Shown here: piece after piece, positions 25,758 through 34,786 of the stretch
Layout: each line of letters begins with the position of its first letter
How positions within the stretch are numbered: the stretch's first letter is position 1
From: Gammaproteobacteria bacterium
GTDB lineage: Bacteria; Pseudomonadota; Gammaproteobacteria; Pseudomonadales; Pseudohongiellaceae
NCBI GenBank assembly: GCA_026710425.1
Contig: JAPORB010000244.1
Coordinates: 4,976 to 68,975 of the forward strand
Reading direction: 5' to 3'
DNA: 64,000 nucleotides
Notes under the pieces: generated by a model
What the model was told of the DNA's origin: nothing
Databases searched by the model: none
What the model saw: the letters and a program-made list of their open reading frames with translations, nothing else
Position numbers and translations under genes: made by a program

Positions 25758-28202
25758 TCATCTTGACGATAATGCAAAGCCCGCACTGTTGTGTTGTTCC
25801 ATCATCTCCTTGGCAATGACCCTGATAGCCAAGACCTCCTCTGTACCCTCAAAAATCGAAAGCACCCTCGCATCAACAAAATACCGACTCACCGCCGTTT
25901 CTTCCGCATAGCCCATTCCACCATGTAGTTGCATGGCTTCACGGGTTACCCACTCAGCAGCCCGGCAGGCAAACAGCTTCACCAGACTGGCCTCCATCTG
26001 CCCCTTACCCGCATCCATTAATCTGGCCACGGCATAGCTGAACTGGCGACAGGCAGTAATCGTGGCTAGCATTCGCGACAGTTTGAGTCGGGTCAGCTGG
26101 TAGTCTCCCAATGTATGGTTGAAAACCCTCCGCTGGGCGGTGTACTGCAAGGCCTCATCAAAAGCGGCTTGCATAAGCCCGGTGGCACGGGCTGCGGTTT
26201 GCAGTCTGCCACCAGCAAAGCCCGCCATGGTGTAGTAAAAACCCTTGCCCTGACCCTCAGCCCCGCCAAGTAAGCCCTCGGTCGGCACAAAATAGTCATC
26301 AAAAAATAGGGTATAGGAATGCATACCGCGATAACCAAGGGTTGCAATCGCTTTACCGCTAAATACACCTCCCTGAGGTTGACTATGGCTGAACTCATGT
26401 CCCTTAAAAGTCGGTTTTTCCACCAGAAACAGGCTCAGACCCCGATGCCCATTGGGATCCTGACCGGTACGGGCCAGCACTAAGACCAATTCCGAACGGC
26501 CTGCAAAGGTACACCAGGTTTTGCTGCCATTGAGCAACCAACCACCCTCACAGGCACTGGCACGCAAGGATACTGCTGCAACATCAGAACCGGTATCCGG
26601 TTCGGTGATGGAAATCGCACACAGTTTTTCACCACTGGCCAGCATAGGCAACCAGGTTTGTTGTTGCTCTTGTGTACCGCCAGCCAGCAGAGCACGAGCA
26701 GCTATTTCAGGCCTGGTAATCAGACTGCCCGCCGCACCAAGGGAACCGCGTGAAAGCTCCTCGGTCACAATAATCATGCTCATGCTGTCGGGCTTTTCAT
26801 CCGGCTGCAAACCACCAAATCGCTCGGGAATACAGGTCCCAAAGCATCCCAGATTAGCAGCAGTTTCAATTAGGGTGTCGGGTACATCCTGGTCCTGTCG
26901 ATGAATTGCTTCTGCCAATGGTGCCACATCAGCCTCGGCAAAGCGCTGGAAGTTACTGCGCACTTGCTCATAGCTTTCATCCAAGCCTGATTCAAGACAA
27001 GTGATGCCAGCCTCAATACAGCGTGTAGCCAGCTGCTCAAATCCATCGGCTGACTTCAGCAAGTCATTCAAATCATCATCAGCCAAGAGTGCCCGAACCT
27101 CTTGCGAATCCAAACCAAGCATCGCACCTTCAGTTACAAAACTGCTAAGGATTGATTTGATAGTCTCAACACAGAATCCGAGGGCGCAGGGAGCAAGCAG
27201 CGGAGCCTGTGGAGATGTCTTGGCATGCTCCAACAGAACTTGCGCTGCTTTCAGCTCTGCCGAGACGACAGCAAGGGTGTAGCAGCGACTTTGTTGTTGG
27301 TCAAATAGGTTTTCATCCAGTTTGCCTTTGCGGTACATATCCTCTTTGGCTGCATGCACGGCAGTTTGCAGCTGGTGCGATACCTTCTCCTCCAAGACAT
27401 AACTTGCCCGGTCCAGTTGTATCCGCTCTGGGGACCTGTGAGCACTTGGTAAATCATGATGAGTCTTCTTCTTTAGTGTCGTTGGTCTATGGTGAGGAGC
27501 ATTAAACCCGCTGTAAGGTACATCTTTCGATATTTCAGGATACCAAGGCTTGCCCCAATCCTGATCTGGATTGCTCATCATGACACTAACAAAGACTGGC
27601 ACCAAAGAATCAAGAATTTTAGTTCCATCACAAACTTGATTTCGATTCCAGTTACTATCCCATGTTGCTCCACCATGGACTAACTGATTTCTCAGTACAT
27701 TTAATCTTCTGAAAATCTTTATTAATGCTTTCTCTATGTTGTGCCCTTTCATCATTTTGTGAAAATAAACATTGTCATTTTCAAAATGAGATTCCCAACT
27801 TTTATAACTATTTAGTCCGTGTTGAGAATCCCAAAACCGCCTGAATATAAATCGATTTCCCATTAAATCTTGTATAAGGATAGAGAATTTTTTCAGATAA
27901 CCTTTAATTATATTTTGTGCATCCCTAGTCACAATATCCGTTAAAAATGATTCTCGGATTTTAAATTCTTTTCCTCTCTCACAATTAGTATCTGCATGAA
28001 GAGCATCAAAAGCTATCCATAGAAAAATATATTTTCCATCACTATCATCTGTATCTTTGGCGCGCTTAATCCAACTCAAAGCACGTCTAATGCGATGACT
28101 GAAGTCCTGTTTGAAAGCATGTTTGTTCTCATCATACTTCTTTTTTAGCTCGTCATAGCTCGGTGGTTTTTCCATGGAATATTTACCTCGAATATATTTC
28201 AT
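25758..28202 (-). CDS. long acyl-CoA dehydrogenase (methylsuccinyl-CoA dehydrogenase-like architecture) preceded in the same ORF by a low-GC HEPN-like module
   Basis: The C-terminal ~555 aa form an ACAD (TEPDTGSDVAA, WCTFAG, GGRLQTAARA, IFEGTEEV) with a helical N-terminal extension. Residues 1 to ~230 are a different, AT-rich module containing LRNQLVHGG (Rx4H). The best start is ATG 28178, with GAGGT 10 nt upstream. An internal alternative is ATG 27338, which has a poorly spaced AGAGG. Confidence 0.7.
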   Translation of the reverse strand: MKYIRGKYSMEKPPSYDELKKKYDENKHAFKQDFSHRIRRALSWIKRAKDTDDSDGKYIFLWIAFDALHADTNCERGKEFKIRESFLTDIVTRDAQNIIKGYLKKFSILIQDLMGNRFIFRRFWDSQHGLNSYKSWESHFENDNVYFHKMMKGHNIEKALIKIFRRLNVLRNQLVHGGATWDSNWNRNQVCDGTKILDSLVPVFVSVMMSNPDQDWGKPWYPEISKDVPYSGFNAPHHRPTTLKKKTHHDLPSAHRSPERIQLDRASYVLEEKVSHQLQTAVHAAKEDMYRKGKLDENLFDQQQSRCYTLAVVSAELKAAQVLLEHAKTSPQAPLLAPCALGFCVETIKSILSSFVTEGAMLGLDSQEVRALLADDDLNDLLKSADGFEQLATRCIEAGITCLESGLDESYEQVRSNFQRFAEADVAPLAEAIHRQDQDVPDTLIETAANLGCFGTCIPERFGGLQPDEKPDSMSMIIVTEELSRGSLGAAGSLITRPEIAARALLAGGTQEQQQTWLPMLASGEKLCAISITEPDTGSDVAAVSLRASACEGGWLLNGSKTWCTFAGRSELVLVLARTGQDPNGHRGLSLFLVEKPTFKGHEFSHSQPQGGVFSGKAIATLGYRGMHSYTLFFDDYFVPTEGLLGGAEGQGKGFYYTMAGFAGGRLQTAARATGLMQAAFDEALQYTAQRRVFNHTLGDYQLTRLKLSRMLATITACRQFSYAVARLMDAGKGQMEASLVKLFACRAAEWVTREAMQLHGGMGYAEETAVSRYFVDARVLSIFEGTEEVLAIRVIAKEMMEQHNSAGFALSSR

Positions 28203-28456
28203 CCCTATGATTATTCGCTAACTTTCTGCAAAAAGAGTGAAGCAAACGGGGGATACTATTAGGCCTTTAATAATCTTTACCTTTTTTGAGCCGTAGGGCA
28301 GGAATCAGTCACTTGATATCACACCCAGACTCGAATCTCTGACAACGCCTGAATTTTAATGCTGATGTACCTAATCAGTCCCAATGTAATGCTGGTAACC
28401 TTTTACCGATATGCTCTTGCCCGCATAGAGATGATTCAAGGGCTAACCCAGACCAT

Positions 28457-28927
28457 TTAGCCCAGTTGCTTGACCATAAGCAAAGTCTCCTCACCATAGA
28501 CCGTAAGCCTTTCCAATGGCTTCCATCCAAGAGAGGTATACAATCCCCCGCTAAGATTCTGGGTTTGCAAATGCAAGTGCGGCAAACCCCTTGATTGAGC
28601 CAGTTCAACTATGTATTGAGTAATGCTCGAACCCAACTTTCTTCCCCGACAACTTGGCTCCACAAAAACGCTTCCAAGCCAATAACGTCGTTTTGGAAAT
28701 AATTTCTCAAGTTCATGCAACTTCATTACAGCTATGGCTACTGGTTGTTCATCCTGCAAGGCCAGCATGTGTACCGGAAAGTCCTTGCGCTTCAGCAACC
28801 GATGCAAGTGAATTTCAAGCGAACGGAAATCTGAGCCCATACGCTCACTCCAGACACTGTGCCACCAGCGAATAACCAGTGGTATATACTCCTGGCGTTG
28901 AGCAAGGTTCTGAAACTGCAAATGCAT
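28457..28927 (-). CDS. GNAT-family N-acetyltransferase
   Basis: 156 aa with acetyl-CoA motif A: VFVEPSCRGRKLGSSITQYIVELAQSRG. Confidence 0.7.
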   Translation of the reverse strand: MHLQFQNLAQRQEYIPLVIRWWHSVWSERMGSDFRSLEIHLHRLLKRKDFPVHMLALQDEQPVAIAVMKLHELEKLFPKRRYWLGSVFVEPSCRGRKLGSSITQYIVELAQSRGLPHLHLQTQNLSGGLYTSLGWKPLERLTVYGEETLLMVKQLG

Positions 28928-28992
28928 ACCAGTAATTTTCGCCGTTCAGATCTGACAGCAAGTTTTGTAGAAGCTATCTTTACGCGTCGAAA

Positions 28993-30261
28993 CTAACGCC
29001 GCTCCATGATGGCTGCATCCACCAAGCGCGAAAAGTTTTCCCGAAAACCGCCACCCTGGGACGGCGACACTTGGGCCATAATGACCATGATCAGATTCTG
29101 CTGGGGATCAATAAAATACCGAGTGCCGGCTGAACCATCCCACCAGATAGTGCCTGTAGATACTGGCCAGCTGTAAGTCTCGGGGTCCAAGACCAAGTTG
29201 AACCCGCCGAGAGTCCAGCCCGAACCCCGCCAGTATCCGCTCTCGCCAATCGGCATGGCCTGCCGAGGTACCGCATTTTCAAAAATGAGGGTAGCCGTTT
29301 CCGGTTGAAGAATCTGGCGGCCCTCGAAGACACCATTATTAAGAATCATCTGGGAGAAATTGACATAATCCATCACGCTGGACAACAGTCCCACTCCACC
29401 TTCGATCAAAATCGGTCGCTGTGTCCAGGGTACCGCTTCAATACGATGAGGTAACAACTGACCTTCTGTCGGTTGATAGAGCTCAGCAAGACGTCGCTGA
29501 TTGTCACCAGATGCCCAGAACATAGTGCTGTGCATCTCCAAAGGCTCCAAAATATTCTTCTGCAAATAATCCTCAAAAGACTGGCCGGACCATACCTCCA
29601 CCAGCTTGCCAAGAATAGTGGCATGAATACCGTAACGGAAACTCGTGCCGGGGTCATGAAACAGTGGAATCCTTGCGGCGTTATTAACCATTTGGTCCAG
29701 AGAGATATTCCTATCCCGGACCTCCTGCTCCCTGTACAAACGCGAGTTCCTACTGCCCAAACCCGAAGTATGCGTGAGCAAATGAGCAATGGTGATGTCG
29801 CCATTTCGCTGACGCACCTGACTGATGTCAGTGCTCTGCGGTTCAATCAATACCTTTTGTTCTGTGAATTGGGGCAGATAGCTGGTAACCGGATCATTCA
29901 ACTCAAAAGCACCCTGCTCATACAACTGCAGTACAGCTAAGCTGGTCACCTGTCTTGTCATGGAATAGACGCGAAATAGCGCATCCCTTGGCATGGGCAG
30001 TTTCTGTTCCCGATTCAATTGCCCCAATGCTTCGTAGTAGACTAGCTTACCATCCCTAGCCACAGCCGCCACAACGCCGGCAATTTCTCCTTCGTCCACA
30101 TGCTGTTGTAGTCGCTCTGTAACTCGCTGCAGCGCATCAGCAGACAGACCGACTTCCTCAGGTGTTGCCAGATTTAGAGTCTCTGCCGTAAGCAACAGAT
30201 TGACGCCACACAAGGCAATGAGAAGCAACAGAGCTTGGGACAACAATTTTGATGTGGCCAT
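28993..30261 (-). CDS. secreted beta-lactamase-fold serine hydrolase family protein (variant S-x-x-R motif)
   Basis: Signal peptide. LFRVYSMTRQVTSLAVLQLYEQG aligns with the SxxK helix of PF00144 proteins but has Arg (AGA) in place of Lys. HLLTHTSG and GGxGLxS-type blocks are present. Confidence 0.75.
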   Translation of the reverse strand: MATSKLLSQALLLLIALCGVNLLLTAETLNLATPEEVGLSADALQRVTERLQQHVDEGEIAGVVAAVARDGKLVYYEALGQLNREQKLPMPRDALFRVYSMTRQVTSLAVLQLYEQGAFELNDPVTSYLPQFTEQKVLIEPQSTDISQVRQRNGDITIAHLLTHTSGLGSRNSRLYREQEVRDRNISLDQMVNNAARIPLFHDPGTSFRYGIHATILGKLVEVWSGQSFEDYLQKNILEPLEMHSTMFWASGDNQRRLAELYQPTEGQLLPHRIEAVPWTQRPILIEGGVGLLSSVMDYVNFSQMILNNGVFEGRQILQPETATLIFENAVPRQAMPIGESGYWRGSGWTLGGFNLVLDPETYSWPVSTGTIWWDGSAGTRYFIDPQQNLIMVIMAQVSPSQGGGFRENFSRLVDAAIMERR

Positions 30262-30286
30262 AGGTCAGAATTTTCCGAAGAGCACT

Positions 30287-32137
30287 TCAGAGTGCCAGCT
30301 TTTTCTCTACCCAACGTTGCACTCGTGCATGCAAAATCGGCATCGGTACGGCACCGGCACCCAACACCACATCATGAAATTCACGCAAATCAAAAGCTTC
30401 GCCTAGCGAAGCTTCGGCCTCGGTCCGGGCCTGCTGAAAGTTCAACATGCCGATCTTGTATGCAGTGGCTTGACCGGGATTCGCAAAATAGCGTTGCACT
30501 TCTGAACGCACGGCTCCTTCCGGTATCGGTGAGTTCTCTAGAAAAAACTCTACTGCTTGCTCCTCGGACCATTGCCGAGCATGAATGCCGGTGTCCACCA
30601 CCAGCCGTACCGCCCGCCAGATCTCGCCGGCCAACCGACCAAATTCTGAATAGGGATCCTGGTAGCCACCCATCTCCTTGGCCAAGAATTCGGCATAAAG
30701 TCCCCAACCCTCAGTATAGGCTGTAGTGCGGTACTGTGTACGAAAGCGCGGCACATCCGTCAGCTCCTGCTGGATAGAGATCTGCATGTGATGTCCGGGA
30801 TTGCCTTCGTGGTAGGCAATGTCTTCTATCTGCCATTTGGCCAAAGTCGACATGTCGGACATATGGGAGTAAAACACACCCGGCCGCGAACCATCGGGAG
30901 AACCCTGACGGTAATGCTGGGCAGCACCCGGCTGTTCACGAAAAGATTCCACTCGCCGCACTACCAGAGGGGCTTTGGGCAATCTGCCAAAAAACAATGG
31001 GAGTTTTTCATTGATCCTTTTCAGATATTCGTTGTTGATATTCAGGTAGTCCTGGCGGCCCTGCTCAGTATCGGGGAAGAAGAACTGCTTATCTTGCCTT
31101 ACAAAGACAAAAAACTCCTGCAATGTGCCTGCAAACCCGGTACTCTTCTTCACCGCTTCCATTTCTGCAAGCAGCCGCTCTACCTCGTCCAGGCCAATGT
31201 TGTGAATTTCATCTGCCGTCAACTCGAGGGTGGTCATTTGGCTTAGGCGTTGCCGGTAATAGCCGTCTCCGTTGGGCAGTGCCCAGACACCCTGTGGCTC
31301 TGAGGTTGTATTGTTGATATCAAGTTCCAGCCACTGACGAATCTCCTGATAGGCAACCATTACCTCCCCAGCTAGCACTTCCCGGGCCTCTTCCAGGTAC
31401 ACTTGCGCCTCATCATCATTAAGCAAACCACTTTGCACCAGATTGCCGACCTTGGTCTGCAAATCAGACCAAATCGGAGAATTGGGAGACTCGTCACTGG
31501 AATTAAAAGGCACACCCGACGTTACCTGACCGATTTCAGTCAGCGCATATCTGTAGCTGAATCGGGGTGGTCGAATACCCTGCTCGGCTTGCTGGCGAGT
31601 TCGCTCCAGTAACTCAGCCAATACCCGGTCGATTTCCCTGAGTCTGGCGATATAGGCCTGCAGGTCCCCGACGCTCTCAATAAGGTGAAAACTGATCATA
31701 AAACTGGGCAAGCTGGCGTGAGGACCACCACGACCAAAAAAATAACGGTATTGACGGTAGGGGAAGGCTGCCTCGGCCTGCTGCAGGGCATATTCCCACA
31801 TATCCCAAGATAACTTGCCATCCTCAGTCAAGTTAGCGTAATCAAAATCATTGTGCATGCTGGCAACCGAATGTCGTTGCCAGTCCAGGATTTTCTGTTC
31901 GGCCTCCAAGGTGGCATTATCCAGCTGGTGATATCCGGTCTTTTGTCCAAGCACACTGCGCATCTGCGGGCTGAAATCCAGTTGTTGATTGAATTGCTGA
32001 TCCAGCCAGACCGTGAGTCTTTCCGTCTCTGTCAGCTCTGGCAACCCGGCCTCAGCCTCATCGACAGAATTTTCCAGAGTAAGACCTTCCCCGCAAGCTG
32101 CCAACAACACTATCAGCAATAGCAACGGTTTTTTCAT
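30287..32137 (-). CDS. DUF885-family lipoprotein (putative metallopeptidase-like)
   Basis: Lipobox LLAAC. The DUF885 hallmark HEGNPGHHMQ is present, and the 616-aa length is typical of the family. Confidence 0.8.
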   Translation of the reverse strand: MKKPLLLLIVLLAACGEGLTLENSVDEAEAGLPELTETERLTVWLDQQFNQQLDFSPQMRSVLGQKTGYHQLDNATLEAEQKILDWQRHSVASMHNDFDYANLTEDGKLSWDMWEYALQQAEAAFPYRQYRYFFGRGGPHASLPSFMISFHLIESVGDLQAYIARLREIDRVLAELLERTRQQAEQGIRPPRFSYRYALTEIGQVTSGVPFNSSDESPNSPIWSDLQTKVGNLVQSGLLNDDEAQVYLEEAREVLAGEVMVAYQEIRQWLELDINNTTSEPQGVWALPNGDGYYRQRLSQMTTLELTADEIHNIGLDEVERLLAEMEAVKKSTGFAGTLQEFFVFVRQDKQFFFPDTEQGRQDYLNINNEYLKRINEKLPLFFGRLPKAPLVVRRVESFREQPGAAQHYRQGSPDGSRPGVFYSHMSDMSTLAKWQIEDIAYHEGNPGHHMQISIQQELTDVPRFRTQYRTTAYTEGWGLYAEFLAKEMGGYQDPYSEFGRLAGEIWRAVRLVVDTGIHARQWSEEQAVEFFLENSPIPEGAVRSEVQRYFANPGQATAYKIGMLNFQQARTEAEASLGEAFDLREFHDVVLGAGAVPMPILHARVQRWVEKKLAL

Positions 32138-32255
32138 CTCGATATCCTTAATGAGTAGTACCCAAGCATGTCCATTACATTACCGAAGAATCAGGTTCAC
32201 ATTTAATATTCATACTTTCTTTATTTCAAGATGTAATGCAAGGCTATTCTACGAC

Positions 32256-32768
32256 ATGAGCCGCCATCCCTATGAATTCTCCGGCGTACAAAGGCAACGC
32301 ATTGGTATCGCCAGGGCACTAGCCCTCAATCCGGATTTAATAACCGCCGACGAAAGCGTTTCCGCGCTTGACGCGTCAATTCGTTCGCAGGTGCTCGATC
32401 TGCTACTCGAAATCCGCTACCGCCTCAAGGCATCCCTGCTGTTTATCTCCCATGACCTATCGGTGGTCCAATATCTCTACGACCTGACGGCGGTAATGTA
32501 CCTTGGGCACTTGGTCAAGTTTGGTGCCACGGAAAAGGTTTACAGGCATCCCGCCCACCCCTATACACGCGCCCTGCTCAAGGCAGTACTGGTACCCAAC
32601 CCAAGCGCGTCGCAGGTGCGGGAATTGCTGAAAGGCGATGCGCCCTCACCGCTAGCACCACCGTCGGGTTGTGTTTTCCGCACCCGCTGTCGCACGCGGC
32701 AACCGCTTGCGCCGATGCCATGCCCACCCTCGCACAATGGGGACCGGGACGCCAGGCTGCCTGCGTGA
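32256..32768 (+). pseudogene. 3' remnant of an oligopeptide/dipeptide ABC transporter ATPase (DppF/OppF-type)
   Basis: It begins abruptly at the ABC signature region (HPYEFSGVQRQRIGIARALALNPDLITADESVSALD). The H-loop (FISHDLS) and the Opp/Dpp C-terminal extension (HPYTRALL...PSPLAPPSGCVFRTRC) follow. Walker A and the whole N-terminal half are absent, and GC is far above the flanks. Confidence 0.7.
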
Positions 32769-32793
32769 GACTGGCGGAGATTGCCTGAAAGCG

Positions 32794-33620
32794 ATGACAG
32801 CCAACGATTCTCCATGGCAATCGCCTTGGCATGAGACGCAAGGCCTGCGACCTCTCATCAATGTGGCCGGAACGTCGCGGCGGGCCTGTATGTGGTTTAC
32901 CACCACACCGTGCATTACGGCCAATGTCCACTGCGACGTTTCGTTACCTTGTGCCACGATGCTGAGGTTCCCGTTATAGTTGACGCGGCTTCGGATTACG
33001 ATCTGCATGGCTTTCTGGCGTCGGGTGCCGATGCCATGGTCTATTCCGGCCATAAATTTCTCGGTGGCCCGACCGTCGGGATTATGGCCGATTGTCGGGA
33101 CCTCATCCGCGCTGCCTACCTGCAAAACATCGGCATCGGGCGCAACATGAAAATCGGTAAGGAGAGCATCTTCGGTGCCATCGCCGCTCTCAAGGCATGG
33201 GAAACTCGGGACCACGCTGACATCCGCGCCGCCGGGGAGCGAATCGTCGAGAACTGGATGGCGGTCCTGAACGAAATTGAGGGGGTACGGGCTGTCCCGG
33301 TCGCTGACCCAACTGAGAATCCGATCACCTGGTTCTAGGTCGAGCTTATTCCAGAGATCCTGGGGTTCAACGCCGCTACCGCCGCTCGCGCGCTTGCCGA
33401 GCGTAACCCGGCGGTCATCGTCCGCAGCCATCAGACTGAACTTGGCTTTTCCCAGCTCGACCCCTGTATCTTGAAAATCGGCCAGGAATCGCTCGTTACC
33501 ACCACACTGCGGGAGGTGCTCAGCGGTGCTGCGGCACCAGAGCCGCAGGCCAAGGACGGTGCGATCGCGCGCAATGGTACCATCGCGGGCTATCTACAAT
33601 GGGAATCAAACGGAATATGA
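32794..33620 (+). pseudogene. decayed SelA-fold / DgaE-like PLP enzyme gene
   Basis: The N-terminal piece MTANDS...GLRPLINVAGT is in one frame. After a deletion or frameshift, VPVIVDAASDYD...YSGHKFLGGPTVGIMA...MKIGKESIFG (PLP-Lys context) is in another. An in-frame TAG at 33336..33338 is followed by a continuing homologous tail, VELIPEILGFNAATAARALAERNPAVIV.... Confidence 0.55.
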
Positions 33621-33849
33621 CACAGTGCCCGGATTTTCCTTAATCGCACTCCCTCCGGCATAAGATTGATGCACAACAATCTTTCCTGGGGACTAATGAG
33701 CCGTACCTCAACCTCGAACAGCGAGATACCTTCAGGGATGTCTTGATGAATCGGATGAGCTTCAATGCATTGTCATGGTGCCTTCACACAAGCAAGACAT
33801 ACTCAAGACAGGATAGTCAGCGTTTTTTTGTATAAACTATCAACCTGAA

Positions 33850-34677
33850 TCAGGGCAGAGCTGGTGACAGTAAACACTTCCAGTCATAGTCAGTATCTCC
33901 GAGCACCAGAAAGTTTGGGTTAAGCAGATTATCTTGCTGATTATAACGCAATGGCTTGAAATCAGTGGCCACTACCTCACCACCAGCGGCCCGTAGCACA
34001 GCATGTGCTGCCGCTGTGTCCCATTCGCTGGTAGGCCCTAAGCGTGCATACAAGTCGGCACTGCCTTCCGCTACCTGACAAATTTTGAGGGAACTGCCCC
34101 TTGATTCCAGCTTAAGATCGGGATACATACTCTGCAGATAAGCCAGCAGTCGGCCTTCCCTCTTGCTGTGATGACTACGGCTGGTGAGGATCCGCAAGCT
34201 GGCAAAATCGGGGTCCACATCGGAGACCTGAATTGTTTTCGGAACTTCTGCTCCCGACTGTTTCCAGGCATATCGGACAGCTGTACCCCCGTAATAGGTC
34301 ATATCAATCACGGGCGCATGTACCACACCCAGCACTGGCTCACCGGCCTCAATCAAAGCTATATTGACTGTGAACTCACCATTGCGATTGATAAACTCCT
34401 TGGTGCCATCCAGCGGATCAACCAGCCAGAACCTTTGCCAGTTTCTGCGTATATCCCAGGCGGGTCGTTCAGTCTCTTCACTGAGTATGGGGATAGACCT
34501 GTCCAACCCATGCAACTGCTCTGTAATCAGTCTGTTGGCTCGGATGTCGGCCAACGTAAGCGGCGTGGAGTCATCCTTCAGGCTAATGGTGTCTGCCCCG
34601 GAAGCTTGGTAGAGAGTGAGAACCTCTTGCCCGGCGGCGGCAGCGACAAATCTTATTGACTCTAAAAGGGCTTGCAT
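33850..34677 (-). CDS. cysQ: 3'(2'),5'-bisphosphate nucleotidase
   Basis: Inositol-monophosphatase fold motifs ILSEE, WLVDPLDGTKEF and WDTAAAHAVL, with a 275-aa length. Confidence 0.85.
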   Translation of the reverse strand: MQALLESIRFVAAAAGQEVLTLYQASGADTISLKDDSTPLTLADIRANRLITEQLHGLDRSIPILSEETERPAWDIRRNWQRFWLVDPLDGTKEFINRNGEFTVNIALIEAGEPVLGVVHAPVIDMTYYGGTAVRYAWKQSGAEVPKTIQVSDVDPDFASLRILTSRSHHSKREGRLLAYLQSMYPDLKLESRGSSLKICQVAEGSADLYARLGPTSEWDTAAAHAVLRAAGGEVVATDFKPLRYNQQDNLLNPNFLVLGDTDYDWKCLLSPALP

Positions 34678-34786
34678 GGACTTGCTGTTTCCTCACTGGA
34701 AACATTTTCAAGTAAAGCATTGCTGGTAATTTTACTCTATTATCGGAATTTGTTCTTGTGAATTCACTCAGCGAAGGTCCTGCGTC

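Noticed and set aside
32652-33431. 259-aa minus-strand ORF, the longest ORF in the high-GC block
   Set aside because: Stop codons are rare in high-GC DNA. The plus strand carries recognisable, though broken, ABC-ATPase and SelA-fold homology, while this frame is Arg/Gly/Pro-rich nonsense.
32794-33620. SelA-fold pseudogene considered as supporting evidence for selenocysteine use at 22539
   Set aside because: The remnant resembles the DgaE/SelA-like PLP family rather than bona fide selenocysteine synthase. It is broken and lies in foreign high-GC DNA, so it says nothing about Sec decoding in this organism.
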